Source: an uncultured Actinomycetes bacterium
GTDB lineage: Bacteria > Actinomycetota > Acidimicrobiia > IMCC26256 > JACDBD01
Reading direction: 5' to 3'
Assembly (NCBI GenBank): GCA_963747195.1
Contig: CAVVDV010000005.1
Location: 262,814 to 326,813 of the forward strand
DNA length: 64,000 nt
Made by a program: the position numbers and the translations under genes
The notes under the pieces: generated by a model
What the model was told of the DNA's origin: nothing
The model's database searches: none
What the model saw: the letters and a program-made list of their open reading frames with translations, nothing else
In this document: piece after piece, positions 21,017-31,242 of the stretch
Layout: the number at the start of each line of letters is the position of its first letter
Position numbering within the stretch: position 1 is the first letter of the stretch

Positions 21017-22032
21017 ATGACGATCTCGACGCGCACACTCGGCCAAGGTCTCGAGGTCTCCGCCCAGGGTCTCGGGTGCATGGGGATGAGCCAGGTCTAC
21101 GGGCCCGCCGACGAGGCGCGAGTCGCTGGCGACGATCGACCGGGCGCTCGAGCTCGGCGTGACGTTCCTCGACACCGCCGACGTGTACGGGCTGGGGCAC
21201 AACGAGGAGCTCGTCGGCCGGGCGATCGCCGGCCGGCGCGACGGCGTCGTCCTGGCGACGAAGTTCGGCATCGTCCGCCGGGCCGACGACAACAGCTTCC
21301 GCGCCATCAACGGCCGGCCCGACTACGTGCACAGCGCCTGCGACGCGTCGCTGGAGCGGCTCGGCGTCGACCACATCGACCTCTATTACCAGCACCGCGC
21401 CGACCCAAACGTGCCCATCGAAGAGACCGTGGGCGCGATGGCCGATCTGGTCGCGGCGGGCAAGGTGCGCCACCTGGGGCTGTCGGAAGCGGCCGGCGAC
21501 ACGATCCGGCGCGCGCACGCCGTCCACCCGATCAGCGCGCTCCAGAGCGAGTGGTCGCTGTGGAGTCGCGACATCGAGGAGGACGCGCTGCCGGCGGCCC
21601 GCGCAGCTCGGCGTCGGGATCGTGCCGTACAGCCCGCTCGGGCGCGGGATGCTGACGGGCCAGATCCGCAGCGCCGACGACCTGTCGCGCGGCGACTTCC
21701 GCCGCGGCACGCCGCGCTTCGAGGGTGACAACTTCTCCCGCAACCTCGAGGTCGTCGAACGCGTCCGGACGATCGCGACCGAGAAGGGCGTCACACCCGG
21801 TCAGCTCGCGCTGGCGTGGGTGCAGGCGCAAGGCGACGACGTCGTGCCGATCCCGGGCACCAAGCGCCGCACCTACCTGGAGGAGAACGTCGCCGCCCTC
21901 GACGTGCAGCTCAACCCGGACGATCTCGCCGAGCTCGAAGCGGTGGCGTCGACGAGCGCGGTGGCGGGCGAGCGGACCGCCGACATGACGTGGGTCGCGG
22001 GAACGACGCCCGCTCAGACGGCGTCGAACTGA
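21017..22032 (+). CDS. Aldo/keto reductase, 2 frame breaks as assembled
   Basis: [29 protein letters not shown] is in ORF 20540..21655. [21 protein letters not shown]...[10 protein letters not shown]...VRHLGLSEA is in ORF 21159..21728. [12 protein letters not shown]...[17 protein letters not shown] is in ORF 21622..22032. Confidence 0.85.
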
Positions 22033-22707
22033 GCAACGTACGCGAACGGCGAGCCGTAGCGACGCACGAACCGGAAGCCGCGCGACTCGGCGAGTGATCG
22101 CAGCTCGCGCAGCGACGTGTAGTCGGGGTCGAGGAGCACCTCGCCGACGGCGAGCCGCCCGCCGGGCCTCAGGACGCGGCGCAGCTCGCGCAGCGCGACA
22201 TCCGGGTCGGGGATCTCGCCGAACACCGTGACGAGGTAGGCGGCGTCGAAGCGGCCGTCGGGGTACGGCAGTTGGTCGCCGGCCTGGCCCCGCGACGGGA
22301 TGATGTTCGACAGCCCCTGGTCGAATCCCCTGTGCATCACGGCATCGAGCATGTCCTGCTGGATGTCGAAGACGTCGAGCGTTCCCGTCGGCGCGATCCA
22401 CTCGCGCGACCTGCACCGCGTGCCGGCCCGTCCCCGACCCGATCTCGAGCACGTGGTCACCCGGCACCGGCTTGACGCCCCGGCGCAGCAAGCCGGGCGA
22501 GATCGGATGCGGCATCGCCAGGATCCACCGCAGCGAGTACGGGAAGGGGCCTCGCGAGTTGCGGCTCCACCGTCGCGACGCGACGCCCAACCCGACGGCG
22601 CCCAGCCCCAGGGCCGCCCCGACCGTCAGCCGCCTCCGGAACAGCGCGTACGCGGCGGCGACGAGCGCCGCAAGCGCCCCGAACCACGCGCCGTCTTGCT
22701 TCCTCAC
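22014..22707 (-). CDS. Class I SAM-dependent methyltransferase with N-terminal membrane segment, one frame break as assembled
   Basis: The N-terminus [17 protein letters not shown] and the motif I sequence [12 protein letters not shown] are in ORF 21532..22761 (GTG at 22707). The C-terminal part [15 protein letters not shown]...LRPGGRLAV is in ORF 22014..22460. Confidence 0.75.
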
Positions 22708-22714
22708 GGTGCGA

Positions 22715-23858
22715 CTACTTGATGGCGCCCGCGTCGCGCAGCTTGGCCAGCTCGTCGGCACCGAAGCCCCAATCGGCGAGCGCTTCGTCGGTGTGCTGCC
22801 CGGGCTGGGCCGCTCGTCGGGAGATCGCGCCCGGCGTGCGCGAGAACCGCGGTGCGGGAGCGGGCTGCAGCACGCCGTCGTGCTCGACGACCGTGTCGCG
22901 TGCCTTGATGTGCGGGTGTTCCGCCGCCTCGCTCATCGTGAGGACCGGCGCGAAGCACGTGTCGGTGTGCTCGAGGATCGTGGACCACTCGTCGCGCGTC
23001 TTCGTCTTGAACAGGGCCGTGAACTTCTCTCGCAACGCGTCCCACCCGCTGCGGTCCATCTGCGCGGGAAGGTCCGCATCGGACAGCCCGAGCTTGTCGA
23101 TGAGCTCGGCGTAGAACTGCGGCTCGAGCGAGCCCACGGAGATGAACTTGCCGTCGGCCGTCTCGTACGTGTCGTAGAACGGCGCGCCGGTGTCGAGGAC
23201 GTTCCCGCCGAGGTGCTCCTCGTCGAACGCGCCCAGGGCCCGCAGCCCCCATGTCATCGCCATGAGGACGGCGCTGCCGTCGACCATCGCCGCGTCGACC
23301 ACCTGGCCCTCGCCCGACGACCGAGCCTCGAGGAGCGCGCACGCCACACCGAACGCGAGCAACATGCCGCCGCCGCCGAAGTCGCCGACGACGTTCATGC
23401 GGCGGCGTCGGCTTCCCGCCGGCGCGCCCGAAGTGCGCCAGGGCGCCGGCGAGCGAGATGTAGTTGATGTCGTGGCCGGCGGCTTGCGCGTACGGGCCGT
23501 CCTGGCCCCAGCCCGTCATGCGCCCGTACACGAGCTTCGGGTTGCGGGCGCGGCACGCGTCGGGCCCGATCCCGAGCCGCTCCGCCACGCCGGGCCGGAA
23601 GCCCTCGATGAGCGCGTCCGCCTGCTCGACCATGCGCAGCACGGTCTCGACGCCGTCGGCCTGCTTGAGGTCGACGCCGATCGACCGCCGGCCGCGGTTC
23701 AGCACCTCCATCCACCCGGGGTCGAATCCGCGCTCGACCGATTGCGCGCGGTCGACGCGCACCACGTCGGCGCCCATGTCGGAGAGCAGCATCGCCGCGA
23801 ACGGCCCCGGCCCGATGCCCGCGATCTCGATGACCTTCACGTTCGACAGCGGTCCCAT
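22715..23858 (-). CDS. CaiB/BaiF family III CoA-transferase (alpha-methylacyl-CoA racemase-like), one frame break near 23400 as assembled
   Basis: [37 protein letters not shown]...[13 protein letters not shown] is in ORF 22704..24125. [24 protein letters not shown]...APRFSRTPG is in ORF 22715..23398. Confidence 0.85.
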
Positions 23859-23886
23859 GCGGCCGACCCTAGCTACGGTTCTCTGC

Positions 23887-24714
23887 ATGGTCGAAACGAT
23901 CGCGTCGGGGTACGGGCTCGTCGAAGGGCCGACGGTCGACGAGAACGGGAACCTGTACTTCAGCGACGTGCTCGGGGGCGGCGTGTACCGACGTGACCCC
24001 GACGGTGACATCACGACCGTCGTGCCGAAGCGCCGCGGCGTCGGTGGCATCGTGCTCCACGCCGACGGCGGCGTCGTCGTGTCGGGCCGCGACATCGTGC
24101 ACGTGCGCGACGGGGAGAACCGCACGCTCTACTCCATCGACGGCGTGCCGGGGTGGAACGACATCTGCACGGACTCCGCCGGTCGCGTCTATGCCGGGTC
24201 GATCCGCTTCGCGGTGTTCGATCCGGACGCCACGCCGGTGCCCGGCGAGCTGTGGCGCATCGACGCCGAGGGCGACGCCACATGCCTGTACGACAACGTG
24301 CTCCACGCCAACGGCGTCGTGCTGTCGCCCGGCGAGCAGACCATTTACCACTCGGACACTCGCAACAACGTGATCCTCGTGCACACGCTCGCCGACGACG
24401 GCACCGCCGGCGATCGCCGCGCCTTCCACTTCCCTCCCGGCGCGCCCGACGGGATGGCTGTCGACGCGCAAGGGCTCCTCTGGGTCGCATCGGCGCGGGC
24501 CGGGTGCGTCGCCCGCCTGACGCCCGACGGCGAGATCGACCGCGTCCTCGAGGTGCCCGCGCAAACGGTGACGTCGCTGTGCTTCGCCGGCCGCGATCAG
24601 CACGACCTCTACGTCGTGACCGCCGACAACACCGAAGTGCCCGACCGGCGCGGCACGATCTTCCGCGTCACCGCCGGTGTGGGCGGCGCGCCGGTGCACC
24701 CGGCGCGGATCTGA
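23887..24714 (+). CDS. SMP-30/gluconolactonase/LRE family protein
   Basis: The gene uses the ATG at 23887 within ORF 23464..24714. The sequence reads [19 protein letters not shown]...[14 protein letters not shown]...[18 protein letters not shown]...[15 protein letters not shown]. The gene is intact. Confidence 0.8.
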   Translation: MVETIASGYGLVEGPTVDENGNLYFSDVLGGGVYRRDPDGDITTVVPKRRGVGGIVLHADGGVVVSGRDIVHVRDGENRTLYSIDGVPGWNDICTDSAGRVYAGSIRFAVFDPDATPVPGELWRIDAEGDATCLYDNVLHANGVVLSPGEQTIYHSDTRNNVILVHTLADDGTAGDRRAFHFPPGAPDGMAVDAQGLLWVASARAGCVARLTPDGEIDRVLEVPAQTVTSLCFAGRDQHDLYVVTADNTEVPDRRGTIFRVTAGVGGAPVHPARI

Positions 24715-24727
24715 CCGCGCGTTCCCG

Positions 24728-25648
24728 CTAGAAGGCGAGCTTCAGGCCCGGTCGCGGCCACGGCGTCGACACGAGCTTGCCGGTGGCCGAGCACGTCACG
24801 TACGCGGTGCGGAGGTCGTCACCGCCGAAGCACACGTTCGTGACCATCGGGTCCGGGAACGGCACGTGCTCGACGCTGCTGCCGTCGGGCGAGATCACCG
24901 TGAGCCCGCCGTTCACCAGCGTGCCCACCACGACGTTCCCGTCGCCGTCGACGGCGAGCGAGTCGAACAGCTGCATCCCCGGGAGCCCGCACACGAGCTC
25001 GCCGCCGTTGCCGACCGGCGGGGGCGGAGCCGCGAGCTCACCGGGCCCGGCGAGGTCCCACGCGAACACCCTTCCGGTGTACGTCTCCGCCGCGTAGACA
25101 CGCCGGCCGTCGGGTGACAGGCCGACGCCGTTGGGACCGTCGAGCGGGTACACGACCTCGCGGATCTCCGAGCCGTCGGGTCGCGCGTAGTAGAGGCCGC
25201 CGTGCGTCTTGTCGCGCTCGCGCCAGCGGCCGTGGTCGGTGAACCAGAAGCCGCCGGTGTCGTCGAAGACCAGATCGTTCGGGCCGATGAGGTCATGGCC
25301 GTCGCACTCGCGGTACAGCACGGTCACCTCGCCGCTCGCGAGGTCGACGCGCTCGATGCGGCCGCCGGTGTGGTCCTGCGGCAGGTAGCTGTCCGGGATG
25401 GTGAGTCCCCCGAGGTCGTGCGAGCCGTACCCGCCGCTGTTGCACACGTACACGGCGCCGTCGGGACCGATCGCGAGCCCGTTCGGGCTGCCGCCGTTCT
25501 CCGACACGACCGCCTTCTTGCCGTCGGATTGCACGCGCACGACGGTGCCGCCCAGGAGCTCGACGCACAGCACGCTGCCGTCAGGCATCCACACCGGCCC
25601 CTCGGGAAAGCGCAACCCGCTCGTGATCTCGGTGATCTCGACATCCAT
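24728..25648 (-). CDS. SMP-30/gluconolactonase/LRE family protein (second paralogue, convergent)
   Basis: The gene uses the ATG at 25648 within ORF 24728..25867, with GGAGGG 6 nt upstream. The sequence reads LRFPEGPVWMPDGSVLCVE...PNDLVFDDTGGFWFTD...PNGVGLSPDGRRVYAAET. The gene is intact. Confidence 0.8.
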   Translation of the reverse strand: MDVEITEITSGLRFPEGPVWMPDGSVLCVELLGGTVVRVQSDGKKAVVSENGGSPNGLAIGPDGAVYVCNSGGYGSHDLGGLTIPDSYLPQDHTGGRIERVDLASGEVTVLYRECDGHDLIGPNDLVFDDTGGFWFTDHGRWRERDKTHGGLYYARPDGSEIREVVYPLDGPNGVGLSPDGRRVYAAETYTGRVFAWDLAGPGELAAPPPPVGNGGELVCGLPGMQLFDSLAVDGDGNVVVGTLVNGGLTVISPDGSSVEHVPFPDPMVTNVCFGGDDLRTAYVTCSATGKLVSTPWPRPGLKLAF

Positions 25649-25691
25649 GGCTGTCCCTCCGGTCGCCGTCGCCGCGGAGCGAAGCACTTGC

Positions 25692-25707
25692 TTGACCGGT
25701 CGGTCAA
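25692..25707. promoter_or_regulatory. Perfect inverted repeat TTGACCG-GT-CGGTCAA, candidate operator
   Basis: The repeat lies in the 70-bp divergent spacer between the starts at 25648 (-) and 25719 (+). Its arms are 7 bp and perfectly complementary. Confidence 0.4.
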
Positions 25708-25718
25708 GGCCGACTTGC

Positions 25719-26741
25719 ATGGCGCGCATGAAGCTGCGCCTGGAGCCGTCCGACGAGCACATGCACCCGCTGGAGTCGGCCAAGAACTTCAACGAGTCGA
25801 TGTACTTCAACTTCTTCGACCCGGCCGACCGCGTCGGCGGGTGGTTCCGCCTCGGCAACCGGGCCAACGAGGGCTACGCCGAGATGACGACGTGCGTCTA
25901 CCTCCCCGACGGGCGGGTCGGCTTCATGTTCAGCCGGCCCGAGATCGCCGACAACGACGCGTTCGACGCCGGTGGGATGCGATTCGAGATGATCGAGCCG
26001 TTCGAAGCGCAGCGCGTCTCGTACACGGGCAAGGTCGCGCTGCTCGAGCGTCCACTCGAGATGGTGAACCCGCGCCAGGCGTTCACCGAGAACCCGTGGG
26101 TCGACGCCGCCGTCGAGCTCGACTACCGCGGCGTCTCGCCGATGTGGGGCGGCGAGCCCGTGAACGACGACGGCTCGCCGATCACCGAGAACACCGAGCA
26201 GGGCTTCGCCCGGGGCCACTACGAGCAGCACGTCGGCGCCCGCGGCGTCGTGCGCGTCGCCGACCAGGAGTGGGAGATCGACGGCTTCGGGCTCCGCGAC
26301 CACTCGTGGGGGCCGCGCTACTGGCAGTCGCCATGGTGGTACCGGTGGCTCACCGCCAACTTCGGCGAGGACTTCGGGTTCGTCATCTCGATCGTCACCT
26401 CGCGCGACGGCGGCCAGCGCGTCGGCGGCGTCGTGCTCGAGGACGGCGAGTACCGCACGATCGACGAGGTCAAGCTCGAGACCGAGTGGCGCGGCGCCGA
26501 CTCGTACCACCAGGACGTGCGTGCCGTCGCGCACACCGCCGACCGCGACTACGAGATCGAAGGCAGCGTCCTGTCGCTCATCCCGCTGCGGAACCGTCGT
26601 CAGACGCCCGACGGCGACATGCTCGTGACGCGCATCTCGGAGGGCATGACCGAGTGGCGCTGCGACGGCAAGGTCGGCTTCGGGCTGTCGGAGTACCTCG
26701 ACCAGATGGTCGACGGACAGCCGGTCGGCGTCACAGCCTGA
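25719..26741 (+). CDS. Conserved hypothetical protein (possibly lipocalin-like/CrtC-AttH-like hydratase fold)
   Basis: The gene uses the ATG at 25719 within ORF 25398..26741. Motifs include NESMYFNFFDP, GLRDHSWGPRYWQSPWWYRW and MTEWRCDGKVGFGLSEYL. It is intact. The fold guess is from memory only. Confidence 0.55.
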   Translation: MARMKLRLEPSDEHMHPLESAKNFNESMYFNFFDPADRVGGWFRLGNRANEGYAEMTTCVYLPDGRVGFMFSRPEIADNDAFDAGGMRFEMIEPFEAQRVSYTGKVALLERPLEMVNPRQAFTENPWVDAAVELDYRGVSPMWGGEPVNDDGSPITENTEQGFARGHYEQHVGARGVVRVADQEWEIDGFGLRDHSWGPRYWQSPWWYRWLTANFGEDFGFVISIVTSRDGGQRVGGVVLEDGEYRTIDEVKLETEWRGADSYHQDVRAVAHTADRDYEIEGSVLSLIPLRNRRQTPDGDMLVTRISEGMTEWRCDGKVGFGLSEYLDQMVDGQPVGVTA

Positions 26742-26744
26742 CCC

Positions 26745-28512
26745 TCACGCGGTCGTGCGGTCTCCGTTTCTCTGCGCTCGACGGAACTGGGGCCGCCACC
26801 CCTCCTGACGCCGCTCGTGCTCGAGGTACCGGCTCCGCGCGCGCAACAGGTCGGTGCGCGTACAGATCCCGACGAGCCGATCGTCCTCGACGACGGGAAC
26901 GTGGTCGACGCCCTCCTCGGTGATCGCGTTCGAGCACGGTCAGCAAGGCTGTCGTCCGGTCGAACCGTCACGACATCTGCGGTCGCGATCTCCTTCACGG
27001 GCGTGCCGTCCGGGAGGTCCCGGACCAGGAGGTCGCCGCGGCTCACGATCCCCGCGAGCGCGAGGTCGTCGTCCACCAACGGGTATGCGCCGTGGCCGCC
27101 GTTCTCGAGCACGCGGCGCGGGCATCGGCAATGGCCGCGTCCTCCGGGAGTGTCTCGACACCCGTGGTCATCGCCTCGCGGACGGAGTGCACCTGAAGCA
27201 CGTCCGGCGCGTATCGCCGCGGGACGACCACTCCGCGGCGGGCGAGCTTCTCGGTCATCAGGCTGTGCTGCGACAGCGAGTTGAACACGATGTCCGCGAG
27301 CACGGCGGCGAGCATCAACGGCAGCACCGCCTGCGTAGTCACGCGTGAGCTCGAACGCGAAGACGATCGCCGTGAACGTGGCTCCGGTCGCGGCGCCGAA
27401 GGTCGCCGCCATCGCGACCAGGGCGACCGCGCCCGGTGACAAGCCCGAGGCTCGGGAACGCGGCGTCGAGGCCGGCGCCGACGAGGCCGCCGAACGCGCC
27501 GCCGATGAGCAGGAGTGGCGCGAGCGTGCCGCCCGACGTGCCGGAGCCGAGCGCGATCCACCACATGACGAGCTTGGCCAGCAGGAGCAGCAGCGCAGGC
27601 GCACCGACCGCGAATTCGGCTCGCGAGCACGTCGTCGATCGCGTCGTACCCGACGCCCAGCGCGCGCGGGTACGGCCAGCCCGATCAGCGCGAACCCGAG
27701 CGCGCCGATGACCGGATGCCAGAACTCCGAGATCGGCAGGCGCCGGTACCCCGCCTCCACGGCGAAGAGGCCCTTCGCGACGACGACGGCGAGGAGCCCG
27801 CATGCGAGCCCGAGGAGCGCGAACACGCCCAGCGTGCTGAGCCCGGCGAAGTCGTGGTGCGGCACCGTGAAGAGCGGCCCGCTCCCGAACAGTGCGGCAT
27901 GCACGCCCGCCGCGATGCTCGCGGACACGACGAGCGGCACGAGCGCCCGGGCCGAGAACTCGAACAGCAGGAGCTCGACCGCGAGCACCACCGAGGCGAG
28001 CGGGGCGCCGAAGACGCGCCGCCATCCCGGCCGCCGCGCCGCACGCGAGCAGGATCTTGCGCTCGGACGGCGACACCCTGATGACCTGTCCCACGAGGGA
28101 TCCCAGCGCGCCACCGGTCACGATGATCGGCCCCTCGGCGCCGAACGGGCCGCCGGTGCCGATGGCCACCGCTGCCGACGTCGGCTTCGCGACCGCGGCC
28201 GCGCGGCGAGATTCGGCTGTGGCGCGTGAGGATGGCTTCCATCGCCTCCGGGATGCCGTGGCCTCGGATGACCGGCGACCAGCGCGCGATCAGCGCCACG
28301 ACGAGCCCCCCTGCCATGGCGACGAGGATCAGCTCGGGCCCGGGGTGGAAGTTCCGGAACGACGGGAGCTCCCAGCCGTACTGATGGAGCAGCGCCGCGT
28401 TCGTGAGCAGCGCGATGAGCCGGACGAGCAGCCACGCCGCCGCCCCGCCGGCGAGGCCGAGCGCGGCGGCGAGCAGCGACATGAAGACGAGCCGACCGGG
28501 AGAAGACCGCAT
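26745..28512 (-). CDS. Voltage-gated ClC-type chloride channel with C-terminal CBS pair (ClC-1), at least 6 frame breaks as assembled
   Basis: The ATG is at 28512 (MRSSPGRLVFMSLLAAALGLAGG, ORF 27685..28578). GTGGPFGAEGPIIVTGGALGSLVGQ and GSGTSGGTLAPLLLIGGAFGG are in ORF 27339..28169. GAPLASVVLAVELLLFEF is in ORF 26600..28114. The CBS parts are VHSVREAMTTGVETLPED (ORF 27043..27630) and GAYPLVDDDLALAGIVSRGDLL (ORF 26600..28114). The stop was placed by hand near 26745. Confidence 0.8.
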
Positions 28513-28543
28513 GCTCAAAATAGTATCGTGATACGATACTTCT
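28513..28543. promoter_or_regulatory. 31-bp AT-rich divergent control region with palindrome AGTATCG-N5-CGATACT
   Basis: The palindrome spans 28522-28540. On the - strand, TACTAT is followed by 7 nt and then the ClC-1 ATG. On the + strand, TACGAT is followed by 6 nt and then the MarR GTG. This suggests two leaderless transcripts with -10 boxes inside the palindrome arms. Confidence 0.4.
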
Positions 28544-28975
28544 GTGCCGGTCGAGACCGCGCGCTCACGCCGGATCACGGATGCCGACTACCGGCGGCTG
28601 CTCGAGTTCCGCACCGGGCTCCGGCGCTTCCTGCGCTGGAGCGAGGAGCAGGCCCAAGCGGCCGGCGTCTCGCCGGCCCAGCACCAGCTGCTGCTCGCCA
28701 TTCGGGGTCATCCCGACGGGCGCGGGCCGACGATCGGCGACGTGGCCGAGTACCTGCTCCTGCGCCACCACAGCGCAGTCGGCTTGGTCGACCGGGCGGA
28801 GACCGCCGGGCTCGTCCGCCGGCGTCAGGACCGCGACGACCACCGGATCGTCCGGTTGCACCTCACTGCCCGCGGCGCCGAGACGCTGCACCAGCTCACG
28901 GCGGTCACGCTCGAAGAGCTCGCCCGCTTGTCACCTCGCCTGCGCCCGGTCTGGGCCGGGCTCGACGCCCGCTGA
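28544..28975 (+). CDS. MarR family transcriptional regulator (MarR-1)
   Basis: ORF 28544..28975 has the winged-HTH core SPAQHQLLLAIRGHPDGRGPTIGDVAEYLLLRHHSAVGLVDRAETAGLVRRRQDRDDHRIVRLHLT. The gene is intact. Confidence 0.85.
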   Translation: MPVETARSRRITDADYRRLLEFRTGLRRFLRWSEEQAQAAGVSPAQHQLLLAIRGHPDGRGPTIGDVAEYLLLRHHSAVGLVDRAETAGLVRRRQDRDDHRIVRLHLTARGAETLHQLTAVTLEELARLSPRLRPVWAGLDAR

Positions 28976-29014
28976 CCCGTCCGGAGACGCGGTCGTCCCT
29001 GTCGGTCGCCGCTG

Positions 29015-30799
29015 CTAATCGCTGTCCTCGATCTGGTCGAGGATCTCGTCGAGGCGGATGATCTGTTGCCTGGTGACGACACCGATGAATTTCCCTCGTT
29101 CGGCGACGGGCAGAAGGCCGGAGCCAGTGGCTTCCATCGCGGTGAGTGCCGTGCGGAGTGTCCACTCGGGATCGGCCACCGGAACATCGGTATGCATGAC
29201 ATCACCCGCGGTCATTCGAGATGCGCTTGCCGTCGACGCTGCTCGAGCTTCGTCGAGTCCGAGCAATCCGACGACCTCGCCACCCTCGACCACGGGTATT
29301 GACGGCGCGTTTCTGAGCTGAGACTGGCTATCGAGCAACGTCTTCAATGGTGTCGTGGCCGAGCAGGTCTGCACGTCCGTCGTGAGGGCAGCTCGGACCG
29401 GCAGGCGAAGTCGACGCTCGAGGTGACCGACGCGTGTGGGCTGCTGGTAGGCGGTCACGGACTCCTGGCCCATGACGAGCTGGGCGAGCACCGTCGCGAG
29501 GAGCGCGGGAACGACGAAGCCGGGCCGCCCGGTGGATTCAGCGACGAACATCACCGCAGCGATCGGAGTTCGGTAGCCGGCGCCCAGGAACGCGGCCGCT
29601 CCCACCAAGGGGAACAGGCTCGCGGTATGGACGCCAGCCACGTCACCCACGATTCGGCCGAGCAGCGCTCCCTGGACAACGAGGGGAATGAAGAGCCCGC
29701 CGGCTCCCCCGCCGGCAACTGTGAGCGACGTCGCGATCGCTCGAAGGGCGAACAGCGCCGCCACCAGGGCCAGCCCGTGTCTCGTGTCGGCAGCCCAGTC
29801 GATGGCCCGATACCCCGGCCCGAGCAAGAGCGTGTCCGAGAAGAGCACGCTGCCCAGTCCCACGAGCACAGCCAGCCCGCCACCGCCCAACAACAGGCGT
29901 TGCCACGACTGGAGCCGTGGCTGCACGTGCTTGGCCTGACGGATGAGGAATGAGAACCCTCGAGCACCGAAACCTGCGAAGACGCCGACAGCCAGGGCCC
30001 CGAGCACGTCCGGCAGGTCGAAACCCGGCGATCCGTGGCCGGCGAGGATCGGCGTGGTGCCCCACACCGCGACGAACGTGAGATACGACACCGCCGATGC
30101 CACCAACGCCGGGAGGAGACTCCGCGCCGCGACGTCGCGTTGGTACGGGACCTCCAGCGCGAAGATCGCGCCCGTCGCCGGCGCCTTGAAGATCGCCGAC
30201 ACGCCCGCGGCCGCGCCCGCGACCATGAGCAGCTTGGCGTCCTCCCGCGCGAAGAAGCGCCGAAAACGCTGCTCGAAGAACGAACCGATGACGCTGCCCA
30301 TGTAGATCGACGGGCCCTCGAATCCCATGGCGCCGCCGCCGCCCAGCGTCGCCACCGACGCCAGCACCTTCGCCGGCGCTGGGCGCTCGGGAAGGGGCCG
30401 CCGGCGATCGTGGAAGTTGGCGATGTACTCGTCTGCGGTCGCCGGTGTCGCCCCACGACCGAGTACCCGGAGCGCGAACCAGGCAAGACACAGGCCTGTG
30501 GCCGGGATCACGGCTTGCGCTGCCAGCGGAGCTCGAAAGAGCCACTCCAACAGCAGACGCGCTGTGAGCCCCTCAAATCCCACGACCGCCAAACCGGTCA
30601 CGGCACCGGTCAACGCCGTGAGTAGAAGGATCCGCTGCCATTCGTGGCGGAGTGCCCGCAGTCGGTCGCGGTCGGGAAGCGTTGCGAAGCCCGACCACGG
30701 TCGAATGCCGAAACGTCTTCGCGGTCGGTGCGACCCGGCTGTCGGTTCGCGATCTTCTGGGTCATGAGAACTGGACGCGCCTATGAGGCGACCTCCCAT
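29015..30799 (-). CDS. Voltage-gated ClC-type chloride channel with C-terminal CBS pair (ClC-2), intact
   Basis: The gene uses the ATG at 30799 within ORF 29015..31045. Motifs include GGGGAMGFEGPSIYMGSVIG, GVSAIFKAPATGAIFALEVPY and GGGAGGLFIPLVVQGALLG. The CBS region reads TAGDVMHTDVPVADPEW...LLPVAERGKFIGVVTRQQII. Confidence 0.85.
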   Translation of the reverse strand: MGGRLIGASSSHDPEDREPTAGSHRPRRRFGIRPWSGFATLPDRDRLRALRHEWQRILLLTALTGAVTGLAVVGFEGLTARLLLEWLFRAPLAAQAVIPATGLCLAWFALRVLGRGATPATADEYIANFHDRRRPLPERPAPAKVLASVATLGGGGAMGFEGPSIYMGSVIGSFFEQRFRRFFAREDAKLLMVAGAAAGVSAIFKAPATGAIFALEVPYQRDVAARSLLPALVASAVSYLTFVAVWGTTPILAGHGSPGFDLPDVLGALAVGVFAGFGARGFSFLIRQAKHVQPRLQSWQRLLLGGGGLAVLVGLGSVLFSDTLLLGPGYRAIDWAADTRHGLALVAALFALRAIATSLTVAGGGAGGLFIPLVVQGALLGRIVGDVAGVHTASLFPLVGAAAFLGAGYRTPIAAVMFVAESTGRPGFVVPALLATVLAQLVMGQESVTAYQQPTRVGHLERRLRLPVRAALTTDVQTCSATTPLKTLLDSQSQLRNAPSIPVVEGGEVVGLLGLDEARAASTASASRMTAGDVMHTDVPVADPEWTLRTALTAMEATGSGLLPVAERGKFIGVVTRQQIIRLDEILDQIEDSD

Positions 30800-31242
30800 C
30801 CCAGGGACCAGGACTGCTCGGGAACTTCGCCGGCAGCCCGACCGAATGCTGTGAGCGCGCTCACGAGCGCGTGACGCTGATCGCGCGGCACCCGAGCGAC
30901 GATGCGCGCAATCTCGGAACGACGGCGACCGGTGACCTCGACCACCAGGTCCCGGCCCGGTGGGGTCAAGTCCAAGACCACTTCGCGACGGTCTTGGCGG
31001 CTCTGTCGCCGACGGACGAGCCGCTTCCGCACCAGCCGGTCGCACATGCGCGTTGCCGTCGAGGTGTGCACGTCAAGCACCTCAGCCAGCTCCCGGAGGG
31101 ACTGCGGACCCTTGGCCGCCAGCACGACGAGCGCGCGGTACTGCGGGAGCGTCACCTGGTCCGCCACCCCTGCGAGCGAACGAGCCGCCACGGCGACCAA
31201 GACCCGCGACGCGTACAGCACCGCGTCGGTGATCTCGTTCAC
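30781..31242 (-). CDS. MarR family transcriptional regulator (MarR-2), overlaps the ClC-2 start by 19 nt
   Basis: ORF 30781..31242 has a GTG start. The sequence reads LPQYRALVVLAAKGPQSLRELAEVLDVHTSTATRMCDRLVRKRLVRRRQSRQDRREVVLDLT. The gene is intact. Confidence 0.85.
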   Translation of the reverse strand: MNEITDAVLYASRVLVAVAARSLAGVADQVTLPQYRALVVLAAKGPQSLRELAEVLDVHTSTATRMCDRLVRKRLVRRRQSRQDRREVVLDLTPPGRDLVVEVTGRRRSEIARIVARVPRDQRHALVSALTAFGRAAGEVPEQSWSLGWEVAS

